64,000 nucleotides of DNA from Pristiophorus japonicus (taxonomy: Eukaryota): the NCBI RefSeq assembly GCF_044704955.1, contig NC_091977.1, forward strand, positions 193,936,001 through 194,000,000, written 5' to 3'. Positions 1 to 12,419 of this stretch are shown piece by piece (position 1 is the first letter of the stretch; the number at the start of each line of letters is the position of its first letter). The translations under genes and the position numbers were made by a program. The notes below the pieces were generated by a model that was not told where the DNA came from, did no database searches, and was given only the letters and a program-made list of their open reading frames with translations.

Positions 1-176
1 GTTACCTTTATTACCAAGACCTCAAGTGATGAAGGTGAGTGGAGCTTCCCCTTTTATACCTGAGAGTCCAGGTTAGGAGTGTCTCCCACAAGTTCACCCC
101 TTGTGGTCAACGTTCTCAAGGTGCACAACTTAGGTCAGCTTATACATGGGTTACAATGATAGTTGAATACATGACA
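1..176 (-). mobile_element. 5' part of an LTR (probably Gypsy-type, solo or terminal), cut by the window edge
   Basis: The minus strand begins TGTCATGTATTCAAC (canonical TG.. LTR start at 176) and contains a TATA-like GGTATAAAAGGGG at about 49-61. No internal gag/pol sequence is visible. Confidence 0.5.
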
Positions 177-786
177 AGGATAACATCAAACTTGACTTTG
201 ATGTCCTCCAAAGTCAAATGATGTATGCTCTTGGCTGACACATAAAGAATGGCACTTGGATGAAGTACGTGGAGGGAATCATGTGCCCCTGCAAGAGTTG
301 GTATCTTTAGAACAGGGTGGATAATAAAAATGAGAATGTTAAAAAAAGACCAAAGTAGCTTGTCATTTTTTAATCAAAATCTGAGGATTCATGTGGCTTA
401 ATTCATCAGTATTTATATATGATATATTTACACTATTTTTTATTTAGCTTCTAAAGTATCTGTTATTCTGTGTAATTTTTTGGCAATGATGTTCATCTTC
501 CAAAGTTAATGAAAGTTTAATGTACAGAGAATCAGCTATTAGCAATATTACATTTTGTATACATTTTAGTTGTTCTGAAGTTGTTTTAAAGGACTTTGCC
601 ATCTGATAGTGTCTTGAAGATAATGGAAAAATTCACAATGTTGCAATGTAATCTTTTTCAACTGATTTCTAAGTAGTATAGTTAGTGAATTTTACCAAAC
701 GGATCACAAAGTTAAAAACAAATATGCGGAAGGTCATTTGGACAATCTTAGCTTATCTTTCTAGAAAGTCCTTGCAGTTCTCCTAG

Positions 787-893
787 GGGAATCAAGGGAT
801 ATGGAGATAGAGCGAGAAAGAGGTCGAAGATCAGCCATGTTCTTGTTGAATGGCAGAGGGGCCGTAGGGCCTCCTGCTCCTAATTCCTATGTT
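787..893 (+). mobile_element. CR1 (HER1-like) LINE 3' tail fragment
   Basis: GGAATCAAGGGATATGG...GATCAGCCATGTTCTTGTTGAATGG...CTCCTGCTCCTAATTCCTATGTT, the same tail that ends the CR1 copies at 41340-41460 and 56990-57112. Confidence 0.75.
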
Positions 894-961
894 CAATCCC
901 CTTCTCCCACACCAATACTGGTTAGATAGGTGGTTGACGGAAAGGGGGATAAAGAGATCTG

Positions 962-3722
962 GGGCTAGATTTTACACTTTTGTGCAGATCACCCAAAATG
1001 GGTAGTATTTATGGCGTGGGCGGTAAAAATGGGTTTTCAGATCGCCGATTGTCGCCCGTTCTCAAAGCACCTAGTCTCCATTTAAAAAATTGGGCATTAC
1101 CACAAGCGATCTGAAATGGGCGTTGGCATTAAATCTCTCTGACCTTCTGCCGTAAAGTGTTGCCGTCCTTAGCAACGGCAAGGCAACGCTCGTTTTCCGT
1201 GATTCAGGAGGTCAGGGGTCATTACATGCGCAGAAGAGGAGACAGAGAGAGAGGGAGCAGAGAGGGACTGAAAGCATGTGTGGCTGTGGTGTGTGCTTGT
1301 TTAGCTGTTGTGGGAGGCACAAGGGAGATTCACTACTAACAAAAAGCCTACTTAGCACCAAGAACATAGTTGACACCGAGTTTTTGTCCAACAAATAATA
1401 TATAACATGGAAGGGATGGAGGAGGCCCTGGAGCTGGTAGTCAGGAACACTGGTGGCAGAGGGCTCCCAGTGGTCCCGGAGCACGGCACTGCACCCCCAT
1501 TGCCAACCACACATGAGAGCCAGGAGCAACATCTTGCTTCTGGCTTGGAGCACGTTCCCACCTCGGGACCGTCTCTCCCGTATCCGTCCAAGCAGCGGTT
1601 CGGCCGTCATCCCCTCTCCCTCCCCCCCCGCCAATGAAGCAGCGTCTGAGGGGCTCCTCGGCCAGGCGGCTTGGAGTCAGGAGGGGAAGGGGTAGAGGTG
1701 GGGATGAGAAGCTGGCGGGGGGTTGGTTTGTACAGATATACTTATGGTTTCAGATAAATGTTCGGTTTAAATGTGTTTTATTTAACATAACCTTGTTGCG
1801 CATTGGCTCAGATAGCTGCACTGTTACACACTGGTGATTCGTTAACATCAAAGGGTATAATTACACTTAACTTCAATCAACTTAAACGTTAACTGTCACC
1901 AAGGTGATGCACACCATTGATGTATGACCTGCACACCCAGCAGTGTGTCAGCCTTGTAAATAACACCAATGTTCTTTCAGGTATAGCGCTCATTTATGAG
2001 CCCCTGACGTAAGAATCTTGCAGCTATGAAGCCACCACAGGGTCTAAAGGGGGGCATGAGCATGGCTTCAGCGTCAGCCTGATTCTGTGGCCCGAGGTCA
2101 ACGTCCACCTCCTCGTCCTCCTCTTCCTCTCCTGAGGTGGACCGTCACACCCTTCTGGCAATTCTTGTCCCCTCCTAATAGCCAAGTTTTGCAGCATGGA
2201 GCACACCACCATGAATTGAGCTACCTGCTCAGGATGGTATTGGAGCTCGCCTCCTGAGTGGTCCAGGCATCTAAAGCGCTGCTTAAGCACTCCAATGGTA
2301 TGCTCGACAATATTGCATGTGGCTATGTGGCTCTCGTTGTATTGCTTCTCGGCTTCGGTGTGGGTGTCATGCAGGGGGGGTCATCAGCCAGGTGGCGAGG
2401 CCACATCCTTTGTCACCAATCCAGCAATGATCTTGTGGCTGATTGTTTAACAAGTCAGATACAGTGCTCTCACGCAGGATGTGAGCATCATGGATGCTGC
2501 CCGGAAATTGAGCATTCACTGCCATAATAATTTGGTGGTCGACAACGAGTTGCACATTCAGGGAGTGGAATCCCTTGCAGTTCCTGTAAACCTCTGCATC
2601 CTGAAAAGGAGCCCGCATCGCGATGTGCGTACAGTCTATTGCACCCTGCAACTTGGGGAAGTTAGCAATTCGGTAGAATCCTAGAGCCCTCTCAGTCTGA
2701 GCCTCCCTGGTCATAGGGAAGCTGATAAAGTTCATCCTGCGTGTGTACAGAACTTCAGTGACCTGTCGAATGCAGCAATGTGTGGCATGCTGAGATATAC
2801 CGCAAATGTCGCCAGCTGAGGCCTGAAAAGAACCCGACGCGTAGACCGACAGTGCCGCGGTGACTTTGACCTCGACGGACAGTGCGGTCCTGATGGTGCT
2901 GGCAGGTTGCAGATCTCCTCTTATGAGCTGGCACATCTCCCTGATAACCTCTTTGTGGAAGCGCAGTCTCCGAAGGCAGGTGGTATCGGGCAAGTTGAGG
3001 TAAGACCGCTTCTCCCTGTACTTGCGGTGGGTGTAACGCATTGGGCACATGATGCTGTCGAGCATACCTTCTGCCATCTCGAGTCTGCAGCAGGTAAGTG
3101 GTCATCAAGAGAGGGTGAGAAAGGACAGGCCCCATTCCAATAGCTGTCTGTTTTCCACCGATTGGTCACAAAGAATGAATGTCCCCATGAAGACACCTAT
3201 TAAATTCCAGTCGTCCACAGTATGATAAAGATGTTTGTTCAGATGTTCACATCACCTCCAAAGACCTCCAGAGTACATCTGAACTCCTCCGAGGTTGAAG
3301 CAGAGCAGCCTTTTAAATGATGCGACATGTGATTTAGAACATGGCGTCCATACCACTGTGAGTAGTTCCCGTTAGTTCCACTTTTTCCCGGCGTTTTTTT
3401 GGCGAGCGATATTGTGGGCGAGATGTGTGCGAGATGGTGAAAGTGATGCTGGGCGTTAGTTTTGGCAAATGTGATCTTTACGACAAAATAAGGTGGACGG
3501 TCGTTTTTATTGAATCCCGGCGTTAATTACGTGCGGAAAGTAACACCGGGCGATATTATGGGCGTTGGTTTTACCCATTCTGATGATTCCGCCCGGCGTT
3601 ATGTACATGGGGAAAGTAATGCTCGGCGATAAGTGTCTGAAAAATGGGCATCAGTTTCCATTTGTGGCTAAATGGCCGCTATCTGGGTGTTATACGTCAT
3701 TTCAGCGGTAAAATGGACGTTA
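962..3722 (-). mobile_element. PIF/Harbinger DNA transposon, decayed: transposase retained, Myb partner internally deleted, right end lost
   Basis: TIR GGGCTAGATTTTACAC at 962, similar to those at 54532 and 61741. Transposase on the minus strand, a short Myb-gene remnant on + (about 1407-1720), and repeated GGGCGAT/GGCGTT subterminal motifs at 3390-3720. Truncated by a CR1 3' fragment. Confidence 0.85.
1977..3135 (-). pseudogene. Harbinger (HARBI1-like, DDE_Tnp_4) transposase, frameshifted
   Basis: MGPVLSHP.. start at 3135, then [79 protein letters not shown] and C-terminal ..LINERYT*. Split over several frames. Confidence 0.92.
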
Positions 3723-3726
3723 ACTG

Positions 3727-3910
3727 ATGCCAGTTCATTGGATATATTCAAGGGGGTGTTAGATATGGCCCTTAGGGCTAAAGGGATCAAGGGGTATGGG
3801 GAGAAAGCAGGAAAGGGGTACTGAGGTGAATGATCAGCCATGATCTTATTGAATGGTGGTGCAGGCTTGAAGGGCCGAATGGCCTACTCCTGCACCTATT
3901 TTCTATGTTA
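3727..3910 (+). mobile_element. CR1 LINE 3' end fragment
   Basis: Encodes the ORF2 C-terminus (..SLDIFK..LD..GIKGYGEKAG) followed by the GATCAGCCATGATCTTATTGAATGG...CCTATTTTCTATGTT tail. Confidence 0.8.
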
Positions 3911-4057
3911 TGCAAGCAAAAATAATGGAAAATCATGGGAACATGGAATAGTTGGGTGGCACGGCTTGTTTCATGTGTTGTAATTTCTATGTGATTATGT
4001 ATTTTTAAATAATTCCAGTGTTTTGCCTCCACTACTTTATCCAGAAGTCCATTCCAT

Positions 4058-5884
4058 GGGTCAAGTTTCGGGCCGCGCCTAGAACGGCGCAGCCCTGCGA
4101 CCCACGCCTGATTTCCGCGCTTAAAACCGCGCTGAAAACTTACCTCGGTATTCTCCACGCCTTCAGGTCGATCCAGGCCCTCGGTGCGGCGCAGCACGAG
4201 CTGTTGGGGGTGGAGCCAGGTCCCTGCGCTGAAAACAGTGCCGGGACCTCTGCACATGCGCGCTACAGTGGGCGCGCATGTGCAGTAGCTCCAGGCACCC
4301 GAAACGGTGTGGGAGGGGCCCGAAGCACGCCGCCCCGAGTCCTGGCCGATTGGCCTCACTGGGGCTGCGTGGATCAGGCTGCACCTCCCTCCTCCAGCTC
4401 TGGCTGTGGCTCCCCCCCCTCCTCCCGTTCAGCACCCACTCCCTCTGGCTCTCTCACGCCCCCCTCCAGCTCCCGCTCCGCTGTCTGCCGCCCCCCGAGC
4501 TCCCGCTCCGGCTCACCCGCCACCCCCCCTTTTCAGGTCCGGTCCGCTCCCTCTTCCTTCGGTGGGGCCCGCCCGCCCGGCATCTTGCTGGGGGCGGGCC
4601 CCGCCCGAAGTCTTCGGCCTGGCTTCTTCTCGTCAGTCGAGCCCGTTCAGCCTCACCCCTCTCCCTCCCCCCTCCCTCCCTCTCCTCTCCCCCCTCCCTC
4701 CCTCTCCTCTCCCCCCCCTCTCCTCTCCCCCTCCCCCTCCCTCCCTCTCCCCCTCTCCCCATCCTCCCTCTCCTCTCCCCTCCCTCCCTCTCCTCTCCCC
4801 CCCTCCCTCTCCTCTTCCCCCCCTCCCTCCCTTTCCCCCTCTCCCTCTCCTCTCCCCTCCCTCTCCTCCCCCGTCCCTCCCTCTCCTCCCCCCCCTTCCC
4901 TCCCTCCCTCTCCTCTCCCCCCTCCCTCTCCTCTCCCCCTCTCCCCCCCTCCCTCCCTCTCCTCCCCCCCCCTCGCTCCCTCTCCTCTCCCCTCTCCCTC
5001 CCTCTCCTCTTCCCTCTCCCTCCCTCTCCTCTCCCCCTCCCTCCCTCTTCTCTCCCTCCCCCTCTCCCCCCCTCTCCTCTCCCCCCTCCCTCCCTCTCCT
5101 CTCCCCCCTCCTCCCCCCTCCCTCCCTCTCCTCTCCTCTCCCCCCCCCCTCCCTCTCCTCTCCTCTCCCCCCCCTCCTCCCCCCTCGCCTTGCTGTCAGA
5201 AACACATAGACACTGACAGACAGAGAGAGAGACACTTCACAGACAGACAGACACACTGACAGACAGAGAGAGAGACACTGACAGAGACAGAGAGAGGCAC
5301 ACTGACAGACAGAGAGAGAGAGAGACACTGACAGAGAGAGGCACACTGAGGGGGCCCGTCCCAACACGCTGTTGGAGGGCTCCCGGCGCTGCAGTCGGTA
5401 AGTAGAAATGTAATTTTTTATTTATTGATTTTTTAATGTTTTTAATTTTAAATGTTTTTATTTTTTTTGATTGATTTATTGGTTGGTTGATTTATTTATC
5501 ATTTATTATTGATGATGACTCTTTATTTGTAAAAATGATGTGTTTCATGTTTGTAAACTTCCCTTGCCCCCCCCCCCCCGGCCCCATCTCTCTTCCCTAC
5601 GCCTGATTTCTAAGTGTAGGCAAGGTTTTTCTGAACATACAAAAATCTACACTTACTCCATTCTAAGTTAGTTTGGAGTAAGTTTTCACTGCCTAAACTT
5701 GCAAAACAGGCGTAAGTGGCCAGACACGCTCCCTTTTGAAAAAAAAATCTGTTCCAAAATGAAACTGTTCTAACTGACTAGAACTGGAGCAAACTAAATG
5801 CCGAGAATTGCAATTTCTAAGATACTCCATTCGAAACCAGTTGCTCCAAAAAAATAGGAGCAACTCAGGCCGAAACTTGACCCC
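4058..5884. mobile_element. Non-autonomous Harbinger-type element with internal simple repeats
   Basis: TIRs GGGTCAAGTTTCGG (4058) and CCGAAACTTGACCCC (to 5884), flanked by cat/tat. The 3' 300 bp resembles the 3' end of the Myb-carrying element at 22015-22303. Confidence 0.85.
4657..5185. repeat. About 530-bp polypyrimidine/polypurine tract, unit roughly CCCTCCCTCTCCTCTCCCC
   Basis: The + strand is almost purely C/T. It is followed by ACAG/AG repeats at 5200-5350. Confidence 0.95.
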
Positions 5885-6802
5885 TATGTGTAGACCACTC
5901 AGTGTGAATAAAAACTTCATGATATCAGTCATCATTTTTCATTTTACCTTAAACCTGTGTCCTCTTGTCTTACTCCCCTGGTTTAGTTAGAATTGATTTT
6001 CTGGATCTACGTTTCTCACACCATTTTAATCTTATATATCCTTCTATTTCATCACTTCTTGGTTGTAATTTTTCAAGGCTGAAAAGAGTTTCTGCACTTT
6101 CCACTGTGCATCAGTCCTCTGATGCTAAGGATCATTCTTGTGTCTCTTCTCTGAACTAACTTCAGGGCTTGAATGTGTTCTGATTAAAGTACTATACAGT
6201 TGACTAATTGTTCACTATTTTATTGATTGTTGGTCCTCAATGATTGAATGTGTTGGAATAAATTGTTATCCTATAAATGTGCATCTGAATTCCTGATATG
6301 CCATCATAGAACATTTGTGTTGCCCTACGTGCAATATTTTGCACTTGTCCATGTTAAATTTTCATTTGCTGTTGCTCCATCCACTTTATCTAACTCATTT
6401 TGTCTTTCCTGAGCAGTCTCCGCAGAATCAACCCCCACCTTGGTCAAATTTTCAGATTAAGTTTCAGAACCCAAGTTGATTTAAATTAGAGGCAGTAGGG
6501 GGTCCCAACATCAACTCCACTCCCCATCTTCCTCCACTCTGGCATTATTCCTCTTAACAAATACCCGCTGCTTCCTACTCTTTAGTTCATTTTTATCCAG
6601 TCTCAAGTTTTACCTTGAATCCCTATCACTTTGAGCTTCTTTGGTAGCCTTGCATGTGGAGATTTGCCAAATTATGTTTTGGAGTTCTAGGTACATCACT
6701 TTGCAGAGCTCCCCACTTCTCTTGGGATGATACTTGCTTTAAAAAATAATAATTGAAGTTGGTCTGGCAGGATCTTTCCCTTCTGAATCCTTAATAAAAA
6801 TC

Positions 6803-6955
6803 AAAATGCTCAGCAAGTCAGTATATGTAAAGAGAAAAGACAAGTTCATGTTTCAGGTGTATACCAGTCATTGGAACTGATGAAGTGTATAGAATCTTCT
6901 CTTTTCAGATGCTGAATGACCTGTGTATTTCCAGTATTTTCAGGGTTTGTTCCTT
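6803..6955. mobile_element. Degraded inverted pair of Penelope-like terminal repeats
   Basis: AAATGCTCAGCAAGTCAG..GAGAAAAGACAAGTTCATGTTTCAGG followed by the inverted CAGATGCTGAATGACCTG..TTTCCAGTATTTTC. Similar to 51354-51470. Confidence 0.45.
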
Positions 6956-7065
6956 TTTTATTTCTTCGGTATCTTTGTTTTGCTGGGTTTTTTTACTAGA
7001 TCTTATTGTACTTATAATTCTCAAAGTAGAAAAGGCTTTAGGCAGCTTATATCCAAAATATCATT

Positions 7066-7783
7066 GGCCCAAAAATAACTCCGGAGTATGCCGCAGACCT
7101 GCGAAAAGAATATGCATACTTGATGGAGTCCTCCTTCGTAAAATAGTGCTCTGACACTGCATACTTGAGGGCAGCGTAATGGCCCACGGATCCCAAGGGT
7201 GCAGTGTACCTGGAATCACCTGGACCTGGTCCTCTAATCAAGAAACAGAATTAGATTTTACATCATTTCAGAAGGGAATCTTGTAATCAGATTTAATTAT
7301 AATTACTTTACAGGATTGGAATTTAATTTTTAATTAGCTTAATTCCACTATCTTCACTACATCTTAGTTCTGTTAGTAAAAAATTAATTTTGCTGATAAT
7401 TATCAACATCACTAAAACTCCAATCACTGCAGAAACAAGAAAAACTAATTTGATACAATTAAACAACCCGATTTCCGAGATGAAAATTATGAGGTATCCC
7501 CTTATGCTGATGCAAATAGGCCCTGCGCCTGTTTGCATCAACCGTAAAATTTTCGTACGCAATTGCTGGGCAGTTGGTGGGGAAATAGCCCAATTCTATG
7601 CTAGCAATTGGTTTTTCTTCAGCTGTGCGGATGATCTGTCAATGCATACGTTACAGATCGCATGTTTGGGATTTAGCACATGTGCAAGCGCATGCGGAAA
7701 TCCCGAACCTGCGGTCTATTTAAAAAGCAGTATGATGGCATACTCTGAGAGTACCCCATCATATCCACTGAAAATTCTGGCCC
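7066..7783. mobile_element. Old Harbinger-type MITE
   Basis: The right end reads GGGCCAGAATTTTC on the minus strand, the left end is a degenerate GGCCCAAAAAT, and both are flanked by ATT. Segment 7180-7240 resembles the reverse complement of 27400-27470. Confidence 0.55.
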
Positions 7784-8141
7784 ATTAGAATGATGACAGA
7801 CTTTACAGGAGGCTTAGTTAGAATGTGCCATACTTGTAGTAATTTGGGAACATTTAAATAAACTTACAGACATCAAACATTGTCTTACTTATATCTCAGT
7901 GAAATTGTGTTCTCTGTAACTAATGAGATTGTGGAACTGCAGTTAGATTGTGTAGATAAGGCAGATATTGGGTGTGTTGCCAATGATGTAACCTCAAATT
8001 GGTCACTTTATCTTCATTTTACAGTACGAAATACAAAGTACAGAATGAATAGACTGTGAAAGCCTCTCTCTCTCTTTGTCTCGCACACGGCAAGTTCCAA
8101 ATTAAACACAACAATAATCAATAACTTGAGCCAGAAACAAG

Positions 8142-11100
8142 GGGGCCGAACTTGGTGGAAGTTGCGCTCGCAGCCGCCGAGGATCTGCCAGAAATGTCGT
8201 TTCTTTGGCCGATTCCTCCGGAACCGCCCATCTGCCGTCCCCGTTCCGCCCGGCGGGAGATTGGTGGCGAAGGGTTCCGCCGACGTGAGGTCGTGCCGCC
8301 CGCCCATGCCGGATGCCCCAAATTGGTCAATTATGCTGGCCTCCAGTTGACCTGCTGCCCCCCCAGAAGGACCGCTTGGGAAAAGTAGGCCTGACCTGGA
8401 TGGCAGTCGGGCAGCACGGAGAATGGGTGGGAGGGAGTGCTGGAAGCCAGATCACGGCAGTTGGGCAGATGCTGGACCATTATGAGTGGGACTGCTGGAA
8501 AAAAGTTAGGTGCATGTTGCATTACTCTACTGCTGATGGTGATGTTTAATTGGGATGTCATAAAAGCGACTTCATTGAGAAGCCCAATGGCAAAGGGAAA
8601 ATTATGATGAATAAGTGAAAAGTCTTCAGCATGTCATATTTTGTATAACCAAGCTGATTCATTAATTGTGTGACACAATGTACTGCAATGTAACTGATGA
8701 CCATGTCATCTCAGGGGTGGCACTCCTACATGTTTGGCCTCTGAAAAAGAGGGTTGAAGTGCAAGCTTTAAAGTCTGCCCTGTAAGTAGGTAAAGTGAGA
8801 GAAATTGAATGGCAGCCTTCCTGCATTGGTGACCCTTCTTTGTCATCTTGCGATGGCCTGATGACAGGACCCATTATACAGTGCAGTCAGATGTGGATGG
8901 GAAGATAATCCTGATAAAACAGATGACCTGAGGGACAGATGTGTGTTTCTCACAACGCACCACACATGAAATAAAAATGACACACTAACCAAAAAAGGGT
9001 TAGCAATGTGAGTGTATTTACAAGTGCACAATAACAAAGGTTACATAAGATTATTAAATGTGAAAAGATTTACAGGAGCAACACCTACCCCTTTACCCAG
9101 CACCACCACCTCTTCCCCCCCACCTTGCAGGGATACCCAATGTCCTCTTGCTCCCCCCCCAGCCTACAAGACGGTGTGGCGCTCCCCTGTCCCTCACTGC
9201 CTCTGGTTGAGAAGGTTGTGCAGGAGGGCAGTGGGATGTCTGCAGATGTGTGAGTCTTGGTGAAAAGGTAGGGCGCGGGACCGATGGCACCAGGATCTCC
9301 TGCTCCTCCGGATCTGTCTGATCTGTCTGCCTTGAGGGTGTGGGGTCGTAGGCTTGCACTTCGTGTCCAGAAGCCATCTCTTGCATCATGGCCTCAACAC
9401 TCTTCATTGTGCGCTCCCACAGTGTAATGAGCCGGTCCATCTTCTGATCATACTGCTGGGTGATGGTGACGATGCTGCCAGCTATCACAGCCATGGTCTG
9501 CAGAATATAGTGACCTATCTGCACACTGGTGTGTGATAGCTGCACCATCTCGTTCAGTGCAGAGAACCGTGCTGCATCCGCAGGTTGTTGCTCGCTCGTG
9601 GTGGGTGCTGGTGCCTCGCTTCCCTTTGAGCCACGGCCTCTGTGCTTGGTAGAGCTTGCATCTGTGGAGTCCGTTGGAAAGCCCAGGAAATCGGAGCTTG
9701 ACGCCAAGGTTCTGCGGACACTTGGCTGACATTGCAGGAAGCTGCTGTCAGCCGGTTCCAGGTCAAGGGGTAGAAAGATGGGCCTTTCTCCCAACTCTCT
9801 CTCCTGTTCTTCCTGGCCCTGGGTGTGGGAAGTGGTAGCGTTGGAATTGAGTGATGTGGGGTGGCGGGGGGAGGGTGGCGGCGGGGATGGAGGAGGAAGG
9901 ATCTGCTGCCTTTGGGTGTGGAGAACGTGGGATGGGAGACGCTGGGGTCTGATGGCTTCTCTGAAGGCCCGAGATCGAAGGTCTCCCTATATCCGTCATG
10001 TCCGAGTCATCATCTGCAAGTAGAGGACAACATCATTTCAGGCAGCGGTGGGGGGGGGGGGGGGGGGGTGTTGGTCAAGCTGAGATGTGAGCTGTTCCAT
10101 CTCACATTATGCCAGTAAGGAGTTCCACCTCTACATGTCCACACCAATACTGGGCGACAAAGTGTGCGTTCAGCCGCGAGTGCCTTAACATTGCAAGTAC
10201 TTTCATGCCATGAGCATCGCTGACACCAGAGATGAGTGTAACCTTACAATGCGGTGGCACTGGATCTGCATCAATGTGTGTGGTTGCACGGTGGTGGTCA
10301 CCCACCAATACCAACGCACGCTCCTCCAGCCTGGTCAATTCGACCACCTTGTCTGGGCCCCCTCCGGTCGCTTGGTTGCATTTTTTTTCTGCACAAAGAA
10401 ACGTTGCAGCCTTTAGCCTCTTTGTTGATGCCCCCCCCCCCCCCCCCCCCCACACACACACACATCTAGTGCACAACCTTTTTGGCCTTGGATAGGAGGG
10501 GGCGAATAAATTTGTACTCACTTTAGTTGCCACCAGCAAACCGTTCCAACATTTGCGGCATTGGTCCCCATCCCGCTCCACGTTGCCCATTGCAGTCACC
10601 ATCTCACTGATCTCCATCCACATTTGTCGGTATTGGGCTGGTGGAGGCTTGCCACGACCATCCCGGCTGAGGTTGTTGTATCTGCGCCCCACCTCTGTCA
10701 CTAGCTACTCCAATTCCTGTTCATTGAACCACGAAGCTCTGGACCTGGTTTCTGGCCACTCATCCTCAATGGTGAGAGGAATGGCTGCTGAAGAGTTTGT
10801 GGGTTTAAATTTCTCACATTGCCCCCTCTGCAACTCAGACTGCCCCCTCTCCAATGTCACCTCTCTGCTCTCCAGGCTCCAACTCTCTCCTCTCCCCTCT
10901 CACACTCACAGGTGCAATAAAGTGGTCTGCTTTTATGCACATGCGCAGTCCACCAATCAGGCTCCAACGGCTATGAAATGACGTCACGTCGGCAGAAGAA
11001 AACTACAATTAAAAAAATATTCAAAGTCTCACACATGCGCAGTGGAGGCCATCCGAAGATCCCCGAATGGAGAGGCCTCCAACTGACGCACAATAGTGAT

Positions 11101-11252
11101 GCCGGCCGGACACTCCCGCTCCCGTCCACCGACTGCCGCCCACACAACGGAGCCGAAAGTGGCCCCCTACGGGACCCTGCAGCAGTGGGCAGCAAAAATG
11201 TAGCTCCCGCCCGGGGACCGCCAAAAAATGGGCGGCGATCAAATTTGGCCCC
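8142..11252 (-). mobile_element. Harbinger derivative carrying only the Myb/SANT partner gene
   Basis: TIRs GGGGCCGAACTTGG and (reverse complement) GGGGCCAAATTTGA. Perfect 3-bp TSD AAG at 8139-8141 and 11253-11255. No recognisable DDE transposase inside. Confidence 0.9.
9093..10770 (-). pseudogene. Harbinger Myb/SANT-like DNA-binding protein, three exons (about 10770-10522, 10388-10248, 10013-9093)
   Basis: RASWFNEQELE*LVTEV...MWMEISEMVTAMGNVERDGDQCRKCWNGLL (SANT/trihelix signature), GTGAGT and GTAAG donors, CAG acceptors, and an exon 2 containing TGGGP..LTRLEERAL. In-frame TAG at 10705-10707. Confidence 0.85.
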
Positions 11253-12419
11253 AAGATCTTTCAATCTTGGATTCCGAGAGAGTGCGCAGAAAGAAGCTGT
11301 ACTTCTCATTCATTTTCATTGTTCTATTTTCTTCAGGATTTTTTTCTCCCCCTGTGTATTATCTGTATGTATGAGCCTTTTGTTTTTTTTTAAAGAGTTT
11401 TACATTCTTGCTTTTAGAACATTTTAGTTTAAAAAAAAATCTATGATCACTTTTTGTTTAGATTGTTTTGCAATTTTTGTTGTGTTGGTGTTTCCCTTTG
11501 TCCTCATCATTTTTCTTTCTATTCGTTGTTATTACATTACTTTTGTTGTTGTGCTTTCCATAATTTAAATTTTACTCTTATTTTCAAATATTATTGCTGA
11601 GTCGATGTCTTGGCAAGGAGTATCTTGATTGGTCTTTACAACTAGTAATTATGTCTAGGAGTCTTATTTGAATTTATTTTTAGTCATTTTTAATTTCATA
11701 GTGGAAATAAGACAAATTAAACATGTGATATTCATTTTGAAAATTAAATTTTATCTCTGCAATTTAAATTGTCTTTTGTGCAAATATTTAATCTGTGAGC
11801 TATGGCACTTAATTTTCTTAACAGACAGTGACACACAAGCACGGCAGTGAATTATTGCAGTAATGACTTCTGAGACCCGATTAAAGAAAGTATCATTTGT
11901 GTTTTTAATTTAAGAGTGTGAAATTCCATTCTTTTCTCCTCTGACCCCCTTGATCTCGCTGGGGAATACAAACCTTGCAATAGGAAGGGAAGGGTAGGCG
12001 AAAGGGCCAGCTGCTCTCAGACCTCTGTTTTAGACTAGGAATTCCAAACAGTTTCTGATTTTGGTGTAGTTACCAGAGGGTGACAGTGCAGAAATTAGTC
12101 AAACATTATTTCACTCAGGACTCTTATATGGCACCAAGGAGAAATTTTCATCCATGGTCCTAGAAGTCATCTAAGTTCTGGGTAGGAAAATCGAGTTTTG
12201 AGGTAACAAAATCATGAATGAGAAAGGTTTGCAACTCAGCTCGGAGAGAAAGAGACTGCACATGATCAGGTTGATCTTGAGCATCCAGGATGGTCAGTGA
12301 GATTGGGGGTTAAAGTGTGTTTCTGACAGGGGCTGACTGTGTGGCTTTTGTCTTGTCAGCATTGGCTTCTCTAAGACAGCCCAGCATCAGCTAGTCATGA
12401 AAATGTAAATACGGGTTAT

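Noticed and set aside
1977-3135. Host HARBI1 gene
   Set aside because: Frameshifted, next to a TIR, and with related decayed copies in the same window. It is a transposon copy, not the domesticated gene.
3390-3722. CRISPR-like spaced repeats
   Set aside because: The motifs are short, degenerate and irregularly spaced in a vertebrate transposon end, with no cas genes.
4018-5367. Long Pro/Ser/Leu-rich and Gly/Arg/Glu-rich ORFs (up to 413 aa)
   Set aside because: They are open in several frames only because the C/T tract lacks stop codons. They lie inside a non-coding TIR element.
9093-10770. Host NAIF1/MSANTD gene nested in the intron
   Set aside because: It has an in-frame stop, an apparently lost ATG, and is enclosed by TIRs with a TSD.
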